Assembly: GCF_006345805.1 (NCBI RefSeq)
Contig: NC_043016.1
Span: 29,140,001 to 29,204,000, forward strand
Reading direction: 5' to 3'
Length of the DNA: 64,000 bases
From: Octopus sinensis
Taxonomy: Eukaryota
The notes beneath the pieces were generated by a model. That model worked only from the letters and a program-made list of their open reading frames with translations. It ran no database searches and was not told where the DNA came from. A program made the translations under genes and the position numbers. Positions 1 through 13,380 of the stretch are shown here, in pieces. How positions within the stretch are numbered: the stretch's first letter is position 1; the number at the start of each line of letters is the position of its first letter.

Positions 1-19
1 TATATATATATATATATAT

Positions 20-51
<32 letters not shown>

Positions 52-818
52 CGTATATGTTTGTGTGTCTGCGTTTGTTTCCCTCCAACATTGCTTGACA
101 ACCAATGCTGGTGTGTTTACATCCCCGTTACTTAGCGGTTTGGCAAAAGAGACCGACAGAATGAGTACTAGGCTTACAAAGAATAAGTCCTGGGGTTGAT
201 TTGCTCAACTGAAAGCAGTGCTCCAGCATGGCCACAGTCAAATGACTGAAACAAGTAAAAGAGTAATACTAAACAAACTGATCTGGCATATTTCTGTCAG
301 GATTGCAGAAATATTAAAATACAACCAGGGCCAGAAATGCAATAGCTATGATGAGGAGATGAGTCATAACAGCAACTTGAAGTGTTCTTGCAGAATTAGC
401 TTTCCCTTACAGCATACATAGGCATCTTTATTTACTGAATTAATGTTTAAAAAAACAAAACAAAAAAAAAAAATGACTATGACGAAGCAATGATTCAGAA
501 CCTTGTCAGCTGGTCATTATTATATGATGGATGAGGAAAGGTTGAGTGTGAAGAGATTAGGATTCTCATTTAAGGTTGTGAATCAATCAATGTAACTGTG
601 GAAACAGGGAACAAATGGTGAATGAAATTATAGCAGTAGTTTATTAGCATTTTGTCTTCAGGAACCTACATTCATAATTATAGGAATAGATAAGGAGAGG
701 AGAGGAAATAAGAGAAATTGCAATACCCGTCAACTACTGATTTTTATTTTTTTACTTTACAATGATGTTGCAAAATTCATGAATTTTTTATGCTTGAAAA
801 CAACTATGTGGTGCTTAA

Positions 819-1040
819 CCCTTTTGTTACCATATTTCTGTTGAGATATTCTGTGTTTCTTTCAATTAATTTTAAATATAACGAAAAATTAGTAAAATAA
901 TTTAGTTTATCTTTAAGCTAGAGTTAGGAACATAAATTGTGACTAAGGTTTGGTGGAAGATTTTAATTCAGAACTTTTGAAAACAAGACATTTGTACTAC
1001 AGAGCCAGAGGCGGTTTCAGGCGGGTTGGTATCAAAAGGG
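819..1040 (+). mobile_element. piggyBac-like MITE (family P1) inserted in a SINE head
   Basis: TTAA-CCCTTTTGTTACC ... GGTATCAAAAGGG-TTAA. Confidence 0.88.
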
Positions 1041-2619
1041 TTAAGAAGTTTCTCAATCAAGTGGTCTTGGGTTCAATCCCACTGCATGGCACCTTGAGCA
1101 AGAGTCTTTTACTATAGTACAAGGCCAACCAAAGCCTTGTGAGTGGATTTGGCAGGCAGAAACTGAGAGAAGCCCAATGTGTGTGTGTGTGTGCCCTTGT
1201 CTAGACATTACAAGATGGTCATATACGCAAGGTTGTTCATTTGCAGTCTTCCATGAAGAAAATGTCTAGCAATGTGAAAAATATTACCTTACTTGAAAAT
1301 AGGTGATGACAGAAGAGCATCCAACCAGAAAAACATGTGCCTCAACTAAATCTATCATGGAAAATGAACATTAAATAATGATGATAATGCATGCATACAT
1401 ACATATTAATATGTAATTGTAAAATGTGAGGATCTAAGTGTAGGAAATTTGTAAGCTTTGAGCAGTCCGTAGTAACAACATTCAGGAACAATAATAATTT
1501 GTTGGTGAGGGTTGTGAGGTTTTCCCATATAGAAGATCACTTATCCCCCACAAATATTTCTTTATAGCCTGCAGTTAGTAACTTGAGTTGTTATGAATGC
1601 AGATTATATATATATATAGTAAAGGTGTATAGTTTGCAAGATATGTTTGATATGTTTTTAAGCCAAAACAATGCAAGTTATAAAATTAATAATACCTTCT
1701 TCTAAAGATTTCCTGAAAAAGGGGTGTTAACCCTGAAACATAGACGTATCAGGTAAAAGTACATACCATTGAACTGTGCTATTAATTTTTATAACTCACA
1801 TTGTCTTGGCTTAAAAACATATTTAAAACACACAAGGTCTATTTTTATTCCTCCTGTGCAGGTGGCACATAAAAGGCACCATTTGAGCATGGCCGTTGCC
1901 AGTACTGCCTGACCGGCCCTCGTGCCGGAGGCACATAAAAGCACCCATTACACTCTCGGAGTGGTTGGCATTAGGAATGGCATCCAACTGTAGAAATCTT
2001 GCCAGACTAGGTTGGAGTCTGGTGCAGCCATCTGGTTCACCAGATGTCAGTCAAATTGTCCAATTCTTGCTAGCATGGAAAACGGACGTTAAATGATTAT
2101 GATGATGATATATGAATATATATATATATATAAAAGCAATTTAATATTAAACAGAAATATTACTCAGTACTTTTTAGTAGAGTACATATTTTTTGATTTT
2201 TACAAAGAGAAAGTTAACAGTGAGTTTGAAGTTTTGCAGATTGCTTGCTGTCGTATGAATATATATATATAAATATGAGAGAGAACTTGTATAGATATAA
2301 ACCCACTCACAAAATTTTCTGTTCATTGAATTATTGTTTAATTGGCTGAGTATTCCAGATATGTGTACTCAGAATGTAGTTCTAAGGCAGAATCAGTATG
2401 ACACTGTGTCACATTTTGACTGACCAAAAAAAAAAAAAAAAATCTATCTGATGGGTCTCTGCACAAGTTCTGCTTAACTAATTTCACTCACAATGCATAA
2501 AATCAACCAAAACTTCTAGAACATGACATCTATCCAAGATGCCAAGCAGCAGGACTAAATCCTGAAGCATTTAGATTGTACTGTGCCTACATGCATGTAT
2601 GTGTGTGTGTGTGTGTGTG

Positions 2620-3890
2620 AATTAATTCGAAAGAGTGTTAACCTAGACGAGATGCAGTGTGGTTTTGTGCCAGGGAGATGCCTTCTTTCTACTAAAACTG
2701 CAAGAGAAATATTTAGCTAAAAAGTAATTAATTGTACTTGGCATTAGTTGACCTGAAGAAAACCTTCGACGGGGTCCTTTGTTTCTTCATTTAGTGGTCT
2801 CTAAGGAAGCTAGTAGATGTAGATGAATGGCTGGTGAGAGCCATTTAATCCATGTAGAGGGGTGCTGTCTGTAAGCCAAGAGTTAGCAATGAGTACAACA
2901 ATGAATTTAGTGTAGAGATAGGAGTTAATTAGGTCACAGTTCTCAATCCCCTCCCATTCAATAAAGCCCTCCAGGCCATAACAGGGAAATTTAAGATTGG
3001 TTGCTCTTAGGAACTACCAAGTGGAATATGTGGTAGAATTAAGAAAAAAAATGTTGGTGTGGAAGCAAAACCTGGAATTAAGGGGCCTTAACATTAAGTT
3101 AAAAAAACTATTAAAGTCCTAGTAAGCAGGAAAACAAACAGTACACTAATCTCTTCATGAAAATGGTCTGGTTCTATATGTAGAAGAGGTGTAGGTAGAA
3201 ATTCTAGAATCACAGAAATGTTAACAAAGTAGTAATTGCATGTGTGGCAGATATGCAGGAATAATAAACACGAATAACACATGAGAAATAGATTTTCTTG
3301 AATATCCAAAACGATCTTTGGCTGTAGTTGATAGTTTCTGTTACCTAGTTGACCTAATTAGCAATGGAGGAGGATGTTCTGAAAGCATAATCACCAGAAT
3401 AAGAAATGGTTGGATAAAGTCTAAAGAGCTATTACCTCTGTAAAATCTCTCTCTCTCTCTCAGAGTGAAATGCAGATTATATGATCCTTGTGTATGAACA
3501 GCAACAATTCTTGGTTGTGAGAGGTGGGCAGTGAATGCAGAGGACATACAAAAGCTAGAAAGAATGAAGCTAGTATACTCCATTGGACGGGCAACGTCAG
3601 TATGCATGTACAACAGAGCACGAATGTGTTGAGAGAAAAACTGAACATAAATGGAACCATTTGAAATGTGTAAGAGAGAAAACTGTGCCAATATGGTCAT
3701 GTGATGCATTTGGAGGAGGATAGCTACATAAAAAAAGTACTGATCATTAAATGTAAATGAAGCTTGGGGGAGAAGCAAACTTAGAAAGACATGGGACGAA
3801 GTAATAAAAGAATGATTTCTGGAAGTTGAGCCTTATAGAGATGATAAAAGATTGAGATGATTGACAATACACTATAAAAGATAAGGTATG
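2620..3890 (+). mobile_element. RTE-clade LINE reverse-transcriptase remnant
   Basis: Remnants LDEMQCGFVPGR, LQEKYLAK, VDLKKTF, VDSFCYLVDLISNGGGCSE, KLERNEASIL and RKTWDEVI, with many stops and frameshifts. Confidence 0.85.
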
Positions 3891-5078
3891 ACCATCACAG
3901 TGAAAAGGCCTGAAAGCATTATGTTTATGCTTGTTCATTCACTGGACCCTGAATCTGTACCCAATCTGTTCCTCTCTCATTCTTACCATTCATCCTTCCA
4001 CTCATATAACTATGTCTCTCAGCTGCTTCAGTCATACACGCAGAAATATATATTTATCTCCCTTTGTGCTCCCAGTTACTTTCTCTTCTCTCGACATCCA
4101 TTCCTCAATATCAGTATCATCCCCACTTTACCAGCTGCCCCTTTCTTTGCTTCCAGTTATCTTTCCGTCTCTTCTAAGCAATAACTTTGAACTGCCATAT
4201 CTCATCTTCAACACCTCCTCTTATCTACTATCATTCTCATCAGCCTCACATATCTGCTGTCAGTGGGTCTGCACCCAAACCTTTGTCCGACACTCACTAT
4301 AGCCACCCCTACATACTTCTAAACTTCTAATATTCTTCTGTCACTGTACATCCCTCACACACTCCACTTTTCTACCCAGCACATAATTTTTCTCCTGATC
4401 TACCTACAGTTTTATATATTGCTACTCTCCTCAATTTCTGTAACCACCACTTAACACCTTCTTCTTCCTAAGTCACTCCTATTCTCTAACCTTCCTCCTC
4501 TCAGACTGATATTTACCATTAATCACACTCCATCCATGTTCCACTCACTACATTTACCTCTACTGCCAACTATCTGTCACTCTCCTTTTGAACACTAATG
4601 AACTTATTCACCCTCACCTTCCCATACTCAGGTCATATCACTCTTATACTTTACCTTGTATCTCGAGAGCATTCTTTGACACCTCATCACCACCATCACA
4701 GTTTTCTACTACCATATACTTTTTTATATAATACATGTATCTCTTCTATAATATGACACCTATGCCTGTACCTCTATCACACCTCATGCCTCTCAACATT
4801 TGGTATAATGCTACCTCCCTCTCTACTAAAACTTCACTCAGTTGGAAGCTCTTTTCTTCGTCTTCTGGGCTACATAGTGACTTCACTTGTGCTGGTGTCA
4901 TGAAAAAAAAAGGGACTCAGTATACACTGTAAAGTGGCTGGCATTAGGAGGGGCATTCAGTTGTAGAAACCATATGAAAACAGACTATGGAGCTCAATGC
5001 AGTCCTCTGGTTTGTTGAACTCTATCAAACCATCCAGCCATTGAAAAAGGATATTAATTAAGATGATGCTTGTGTGTG

Positions 5079-5116
<38 letters not shown>

Positions 5117-5132
5117 TATATGGAATTTGTAT

Positions 5133-5522
5133 CCTTGTGGTACCAGTGCCGGTGGCACATAAGAAATCCATCCGAACGTGACCGTAGCCAGTACCGCATC
5201 GACTGGCCTCCGTGCTGAGGGCACGTAACAAGCACCATCCGAGCGTGGCCGTTCGCCAGCCTCGTCTGGCACCTGTGTCGGTGACACATAAGAAAACACC
5301 ATCCGAGCGTGGCCGTCTGCCAGCCTCGTCTGGCACCTGTGTCGGTGGCACATAAAAAAACCCACTACACTCTCATAGTGGTTGGCGCTAGGAAGGGCAT
5401 CCAGCTGTAGAAACACTGCCAGATCTGACTGGCCTGGTGCAGCCTTCTGGCTTCACAGACCCCAGTTGAACCGTCCACCCCATGCTAACATGGAAAGCGG
5501 ATGTTAAACGATGATGATGATG
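5133..5522 (+). mobile_element. Family C retroposon (RTE-like 3' tail, (GAT)n end) with three internal units of about 60 bp
   Basis: gttggcgctaggaagggcatccagctgtagaaac...catggaaagcggatgttaaacgatgatgatg. Other copies at 1852-2110, 4860-5070, 8540-9205, 14030-14212, 17880-18160, 37270-37545, 55612-55850(-) and 62230-62470. Confidence 0.8.
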
Positions 5523-5741
5523 ATATGTGTGTGTGTGTGTGAGAGAGAGAGGTCATCTTGTTAACAAACAGATGCACTAAGTGAGTTGGAATTCTAAAGA
5601 AAATAAAAGAATTCTTGAACACAAGATGGCCCTGAAGGCAAGTCAAAAAGATCAGGTAAATAACTTAACAGATGGAAAAAAAAAATAAGTGTCTACCAGG
5701 CTTTTACTGAAAATTGAACCCTGTACTTCTCAAATTCCAGC

Positions 5742-5748
<7 letters not shown>

Positions 5749-5774
<26 letters not shown>

Positions 5775-5795
5775 TCGAGAGAGAGAGGAGAGAGA

Positions 5796-5851
<56 letters not shown>

Positions 5852-5852
5852 C

Positions 5853-5893
<41 letters not shown>
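5749..5893. repeat. (GA)n microsatellite. Others include (GA)n 51418-51517, (GT)n 14510-14590 and 52630-52677, (TGCA/TACA)n 17010-17112, (TA)n 15238-15290 and many more
   Basis: Direct reading. Confidence 0.95.
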
Positions 5894-5896
<3 letters not shown>

Positions 5897-6520
5897 TGTA
5901 GTGTGAATATGTGATTAAGAAGTTTGTGTCACAGTTACACACTTTGGTTTGGTTCCACTTTGTGGATAAATAATGAAGATTTGAGCTCAGATATAAAATG
6001 ATATTAACAAAAGAGCACAAAATATTCTGTGTAACAAACATACTACCAATTCTCTCATTCTCTAAATTATTAAAATTATTTAGAAAACAACAAAAAAAAC
6101 CAGACCAACTCCTCTCATACACCCCCAAATGTGGCTATAATTGTACCAAAAATTACAGCACTTTGCAGACTCAAAGATAAAAAAACAAAATTGGCACTAC
6201 GTGTATTTGAACTCTGAATGTAGACATACAAAACTATCCTTCTACTGGTAATTTACTTCATTCTTACAACTCAACCATTCCTGAATAATGATAATAATAA
6301 TATCAAGGAAAGACTACTTGGTAAAATCACTTATGAAGTATTCTCCCTTACATCTTATTAGCAACTATGAATAAGCTAGGAAATAAAAAAAATCTATTTT
6401 AATGAATAATATGTTTAACACTTTGCCTGCCATAGGAATCACTGGTGACGCTTTCCTTTTTTTTTTTTGGAGCCTCACATTACTGTGATGCAAATTACAT
6501 TATTTGGATTTTTGGAAATG

Positions 6521-6667
6521 TCAGAAGGCGTTTCTTTGTATTTCTCGGATGGTTTTTTCAATTTGAATAAATAGTTGTGGATACATGGAATTCATCAGAA
6601 GACGAGAGATGAGGTTCTTGATATTAGAAGGGTGCAAGTCACTGTCATCTCCATGATTGGAGTGCTG
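6521..6667 (-). CDS. Candidate downstream or terminal exon (phase 0): QHSNHGDDSDLHPSNIKNLISRLLMNSMYPQLFIQIEKTIREIQRNAF*
   Basis: Unique sequence with a T-rich tract and tandem aAG-cAG acceptor. The 48-codon open frame is in the phase left by exon 14370; the other two frames stop earlier. Confidence 0.4.
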   Translation of the reverse strand, partial: QHSNHGDDSDLHPSNIKNLISRLLMNSMYPQLFIQIEKTIREIQRNAF

Positions 6668-8780
6668 CTTTCAATAAAATATATTTTATAAAAGAAAAGC
6701 CATCAAAGTTTATACAGTACATAGGCGTAGGAGTGGTTGTGTGGTAAGTAACTTGCTTACGAACCACATGGTCTGGGTTCAGTCCCACTACGTGACACCT
6801 TGGGCTGACCAAAGCCTTGTGAGTGGATTGGTAGACGGAAACTGAAAGAAGCCTGTAGTATATATGTATATACATATGTGTATGTGTGTTTGTGAATATT
6901 TTTTTTTTTCTGTATTGCAGGAGTTACCGGTGGTACCTACGTTACAAATCACTGTGGTAGTTTATATAATGAACTAGAACATATCTTTTATCTTTAGTAC
7001 TTGTTTCAGTCTTTAGATGGCGACCATGTTGGGGCACCACCTGGAGGAATTTTAGTTGAACTAATCAACTCCAGTATTTATTTTCTTATTAAGCCTGGCA
7101 CTTAATTCTATTAGTTTTCTTGTTTAACTGCTAGGTAACAGGGACATAAACACACCAACACTGGTTGTCAAGCGGTGGTGGTGTTGGTGGACAAACACAT
7201 ACAGACATACACACACATACACATATATATACAACAAGCTTCTTTTAGTTTCCATCTACCAAATCCACTCACAAGGATTTGTTCAGCTTGAGACTATAGC
7301 AGAAGACACTTGTCCTCATATAAATATATATATATACACACACACACCAGAGTAAGCACATAAATGTGAAACAAAGTGCTAAAAACAGTACTCAAATACC
7401 AGAGGTAGAGTAGTATGCTTTATTAATAAAGCTGCAAAGACATCACAAAAACTGTTACTCAGAGTTTCATGTTCTCGTTTGTCGGACTGTTTTGGCTGAG
7501 AATATACACACACACACACACACACACTCATCTGCATGTACGTGTGTAGATGTATGCATGTATTCTTAGTACTCTTAGATTCTTTGATGGAATTCTTTAT
7601 TGCCCTTATACCAACATGATAATGTTATATAAATAGAAAGTCTATAGATATACATTAGTTAATTTCTAAATTAGAATTCAAAATGTTTAAGTCAGAATTT
7701 CTTCTTATTATTATTATAGGTGGCAAGCTGGCGGAAACGTTAGTGAAATGCTTTGCGGTATTTTGTCTGTCTTTAGGTTCTGAGTTCAAATTTCGTCGAG
7801 GTTGACTTTGCCTTTCATCCTTTCAGAGTCGATAAATTAAGTACCAGTTGCATACTGGGGTCAATCTAATTGACTGTCTCACCTTACCCAAAATTTCAGG
7901 CCTTGTGCTTAGAGTAGAAAAGATTATTATTATGATGAGGTGGCAGAATTTTTAGCACACTGGTCAAAATGCTTTGCATTATTTCTTCGAGCTTTATGTT
8001 CTGAGTTCAAATTCTGCTGGGGTCAACTTAGCCATTTATTGCTTTGGAGTCATTAAAATATGCACCAGTTAAGCACAGGGCTCAATATCAAATCAAACCT
8101 CCTCCTCAAAATTACTGATCTTGAGCCAAAATAAGAAAGGGTTCTACTAATTATAATTCTTATTACATAACATTATTTATGTCTATAAAAAATTTATACA
8201 TTTCTTAAGGGCATGCCTGTGTGTTTCTATGTGAGTAGACACGAAAAATAAATATAGGATGACAGACCATAAACACAAGCAAACACACAGGTAGACACAC
8301 CTGTGTCCCTGTGTGTGTGAGTTGCTCTTCCCTCTGGCTAGGTAACTAAGTATCCCATTTACAGCAGTACACCTGTTTCTGTCCTCTTTCTTATTACCTT
8401 TCTCTCTAGCCGGGTAACCATGTACCTCATCTATAGCAAGACACCTGTTTCTGCTTCTTTGTCTTTGTCACACTCTAGCCTTTCATCATCTGACACAAGA
8501 TCCCCTCCTCCAATGCTACATCCCCTCCCAAAGGATCTTTGTCTTGCAAGTTACTTGGTGACCCTGCCAGTGCTGGTGCCACGTAAAAAGCATCCAGTTC
8601 ACACTGTAAAGTGGTTGGTATTTGGAAGGACATCCAGCTGTAAAAACCATGCCAAAATTGACCTCGCCTGTGCTGATGCCACATAAAAAGCACTGAGTCC
8701 ACTCTATGGAGTGGTTAGTATTAGGAGGGGCATCCAGCTGTAAAAACCATGCCAAAACAGACACAATAGCCTGGTGTAGT

Positions 8781-9107
8781 CTTTTTTTAAAAATTTTTTA
8801 TTGCCTACAAGGGGCTTAACATAGAGGGGACAAACAAGGACAGACAAAGGGATTAAGTCGATTACATTGGCCCCAGTGCGTAACTGGTACTGAATTTATC
8901 GACCCTGAAAGGATGAAAGTAAAGTCGACCTCGGCAGAACTTGAACTCAGAACATAATGGCAGATGAAATACCTATTTCTTTACTACCCACAAGGGGCTA
9001 AACGCAGAAAGGCAAAGTTGACCTCGGTGGAATTTGAACTCAGAACGTAATGGCAGACGAAATACCGCTAAGCATTTCACCTGGCGTGCTAATGTTTCTG
9101 CCAGCTT
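8781..9107 (-). mobile_element. SINE family B with an internal duplication, nested in a family C element
   Basis: 12-bp TSD gcctggtgtagt at 8769-8780 and 9108-9119. Confidence 0.8.
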
Positions 9108-9606
9108 GCCTGGTGTAGTTGTCTGCTTAACCGGCTCCTGTTATACCGTCCAACCCATGCCAGCATGGAAGACAGACATTAAACAATGATGATGATGATG
9201 ATGATATATAAGCGTTCATTCTGTAACTCACTACCAGATGCCATTATTTAAAATTAATTAAATATCTCTTATTGTCACCCCAGCACCCACTATCTTTTTT
9301 TTTTGTCTCTTTGAGAAGGAAGAAAGAAAAACACACACAAAGAACATAAAACCGTAAACACAAAGAAACTAATTTGAATAATGCCCACGAAATAGTAAGA
9401 ATTACGCCTGAATTTGGCAAGATTTAAATAGAAATTGCAACAGGAAACAATTGGGGAAGTAAATAAGAGTGCTTTTAGTAAGAATAGCAGAGTGTATGAC
9501 ATATTGTTGAGGTCAATTATACTGTAAGGAGGTTTGTATAACTAAGGATGTTGTTGCTTTTATTGCTGTTCATGTCAGTTCAGATTGAAGAGTCATTGTG
9601 TGCGTG

Positions 9607-9640
<34 letters not shown>

Positions 9641-10259
9641 AGTAGATGGGCGACTGTTTTTCTCTCTCACAAACAAACTAGACATGGTGAAACAAGGCGG
9701 ACAGGTACAATGAGAACTCAATAATGGAATAAATTAGAGGTTTCTTGCTTATGGAGGTTTTGTTACAATAACAAAGCATCAAGTAGATTTGGTAGATGGA
9801 AGTTGAATGAAGCCTGTCATACACACACACACACACACACGTGTGTGTGTATGTATTTCTGCATATGTGTGTTTGTGTATCTTTGTTTCAACATTTTGTG
9901 ATCGTCGTAAATGAGTGTCACTGTCATACAAGCAGTTTCCATTCATTTCCGCCGCCTTGCATAGACATACCTGGCAATGAGGAAATATTACCCTGCTTGG
10001 AAATAGGTAAGGGTTGGCAACTTGAAGGACATTTAGCAGTAGAAAACCTGCCTCAATGAACTCTATCTGATGCATGCAAGCATGGAAAAGTGGTTATTGA
10101 AACAATAATGTAGACACCTATAGCATATGGGTGGCTGTGTGGTAAGAAGCTTGCTTCCCAACCACATGGTTCTGGGTTCAGTCCCACTGCATGACACCTT
10201 GGGTTGACCAAAGCCTTATGAATGGATTTGGTAGATAGAAACTGAAAGAAGCCATTATA

Positions 10260-10302
<43 letters not shown>

Positions 10303-10638
10303 TGTATGTATATGTGGGTGTGTATATGCCTTTTGTCCTCCACCACTGCTTGACAACTGGTGTTGGTGAGTTTATGTCCCTGTAGCTTAGTGGTTCAGCA
10401 AAAGACAACCAATAGAATAAGTACCAAGCTAAAGAAAAAAGTACTGGGGGTCGATTCATTTGGCTAAAAGTTCTTCAAAGCATTGCTCCAGCATGGCCAC
10501 AGACTAATACTGAAACAGGTAAAAGATAAAAGACATGCACACACACATGAATAGAGAGAAAGAGAGAGGTAAGGAGAGAGTGAAGCTACAAAAGGACAGA
10601 TGGAGACAAAACATGGTGGACAAATATATATATATATA

Positions 10639-11135
10639 TCTTTATATATAAAAGTCAAGTTGTGTGTCTGTCTCCTACGATTTAGATTCCTAACTACTCC
10701 CACATTTTGCGGTGCAGTTTAACCAAAACCGGGTATCTTATAGTCATGATTCATATCGAGCCCTTCTGGGTATTAGCGCGCGTCTATGATGAGTCTATGA
10801 TTTAAAAAAAAATTTACCATCATTTTTTCCATTTTAAAGCATTTTTTCGATATTATATAAGGGAAGTAACTCTTTAAAAATGTCTACGATGAGTCAACGA
10901 TTTAAAAAAAAATTTACCATAATTTTTTCCATTTTAATGCATTTTTTCGCTATTATATAAGGGAAGTAACTCTTTAAAAATGTCTACGATGAGTCAACGA
11001 TTTAAAAAAAAATTTACCATAATTTTTTTCCCATTTTTAATGCATTTTTTTGATATTTTTTGGCTATAACTCTCTAAAAATGCTTATATAGTTATTTCCC
11101 TAACAAACCCGAGCAACGGCGGGCGATACTGCTAG
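10639..11135 (+). mobile_element. Non-autonomous Helitron, copy 1, with an internal tandem unit expansion
   Basis: 5' TC, 3' CCCGAGCAACG(G/C)CGGG hairpin then CTAG. Inserted between A and T with no TSD. Confidence 0.85.
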
Positions 11136-11525
11136 TATATATATATATATATATATGGGAATAGATGATATTATAATTATTTATCAAAATTTCACCAACC
11201 CATTACTTCTACAACCATGACAAGAGCGGCAACAACACGAACCAATCAAAGCAATAAACTGACAAGTTATATCACATGAGCAATGGTGTGACAATGACAA
11301 CATCAACTCATCTTAATATATACACATGTATGTGTGTGTGTGCGCGTATGTTTGTACATATACACATCTATCTAATCTGTCTATCCACACACATACAGAG
11401 GTATTGTGGTGGAAACAGGAAAAACAGATCTCAAAATATGAGTATGTGTATAATTCTATTGATATTTAGCAGATGCAAGAAGCTCTCGGCCCTTAAGTCA
11501 CTCTGTTGCTTCTGTTAAATATTAA

Positions 11526-11747
11526 CCCTTTCAATACCAACCCGGCTAAAACCAGCTCTGGCTCTGAATACAAATGTCTTGTTTTCATGAGTTTTGAATT
11601 AAAATACTTCCACCAAACTTTAATCACAATTTATGTTCCTAACACTAGCTGAATGATAACAAAGTTATTTTACTAAATTCTTTGTTATATTTCAAAGTAA
11701 TTGAAAGAAACACAGAGCATCTCAAAATAAATACAGTAACGAAAGGG
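11526..11747 (-). mobile_element. piggyBac-like MITE P1, opposite orientation
   Basis: TTAA TSD, CCCTTT/AAAGGG ends; body is the reverse complement of 819-1040. Confidence 0.88.
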
Positions 11748-12880
11748 TTAATATACACTAATACACAAATAAATGTATATAAGTCTACATGCATTATATG
11801 TATGAGCATGTAATTTTATTTATTTATGCGTCCTTTTCAAGCCGAGCCAGGCTCATGGGTCCGGTTTCCCAGTTTCTGTGGCGTATGGGTTCCCCCCAGC
11901 TGGATGGGATGCCAGTCCATTGCAGCATTACTCAAGAAACAGGAAGAAAGAGTGAGAGAAAGTTGGGGTAAAAGAGTACAACAGGGGTCAGTTTCCACCT
12001 ACCAAATCCACTCACAGGGTTTTCATTGGCCTGGGACTAAAGCAGAAGACACATGGTCAAGGTGACTTGCATTGGGATTGAACTCAGAACCATGTGATTA
12101 GGTAGCAAACTTTTTACCAAAAGACAATGCCTGCACCTAGTTTTTCTTATATATATATTTTTATTCTTTTATTTTTTTTTTACTTGTTCCAGTCAATTTA
12201 CTGTGGCCATGCTGGAGCACTGCCTTGAAGGGTTTTAGATGAACAAATGGATCTCATGACATTTTTTGAGCCTAGTACTTATCCTATCAGTCTCTTTTGC
12301 CAGACCGCTAAGTTATGGGGACACAAACACACCAACACTTGTTATCAAGTAGTGATGGGGGGAAAACACACACATAGATACATACATATATACAACAGGC
12401 TTCTTTCAGTTTCCTTCTAATAAATCCACTCAAAAGGCTTTGGTTGGCCCAAGGCTATAGTAGAAGATACTTGCCCAAGGTGTCACACAGTGGAACTGAA
12501 CCTGGAACCATGTGGTTGAGAAGCAAGCTTCTTACCACACAGCTACACCTGCACCTATATATGTATTTAAAAAAAAAAATATACATTTATCGATTTATGA
12601 AATATGAGATTTTTCTTGGGTAATATAGACTCCTAGGGCCAATTTTTAGGTTTCTGTGACACATATGTAAACCCTTGGATGGGATGCCAGCCCATTGCAG
12701 GAATACTCATTTTTGTTAACTGGGTGGACTGGAGCAATGTGAAACTAAATGTTTTGCTCAAGAACACAATATGCTGCCAATCCAGGAATTGAAACCAAAA
12801 TCTCATCATGAATCCAACAACCTAACCACTAAACCACAAACCTGAAATATATATAATGACTATATATTACACAATGTAAA

Positions 12881-13380
12881 TACCGTAAATCCTTGAGTAT
12901 AATACACAGGGGATTTTTAGGGGGCTGTACCTCTGAAAAACCCAAATCTTGTGTATAATATGCACCCCTTCTCGAACTTGAGTCAAGGAGGTCTATATAA
13001 CGTCCATGGTTTGTAAAAATGTATACGGTAACGTCCTTTATTATTATTGTATATATAACATAATGCAAACGTGTAGCATTTTTGTGTATTTTGTTTGCAG
13101 AAAATAAAGAAATAACACTAATAATGTTTAATAAATGTTGCTTATTACAAGTTAAGGATGATTTTTTTAATGATGTCATTGCTTTCAGGCTTAGCTTAAG
13201 GTATTTTCGCGTCCGACATCACAAAATGCGTCTGAATAAACATTGCCTGACAGCAAATAGAGACTCGGACATTGCTTAGGAAATAATTTTCGTTTTTAAC
13301 CTCGTATATAATACGCACGAGGGATTTTGACCGTTAAATTTTGGGAAAAAAATGCAGATTATACTTGAGGATTTACGGTA
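12881..13380. mobile_element. pogo/Tigger-like non-autonomous element (about 500 bp)
   Basis: TIRs TACCGTAAATCCTTGAGTATAAT / ATTATACTTGAGGATTTACGGTA. Confidence 0.8.

Noticed and set aside
2180-2230. Possible 12-nt plus-strand microexon before GTGAGT
   Set aside because: Weak acceptor and no supporting context.
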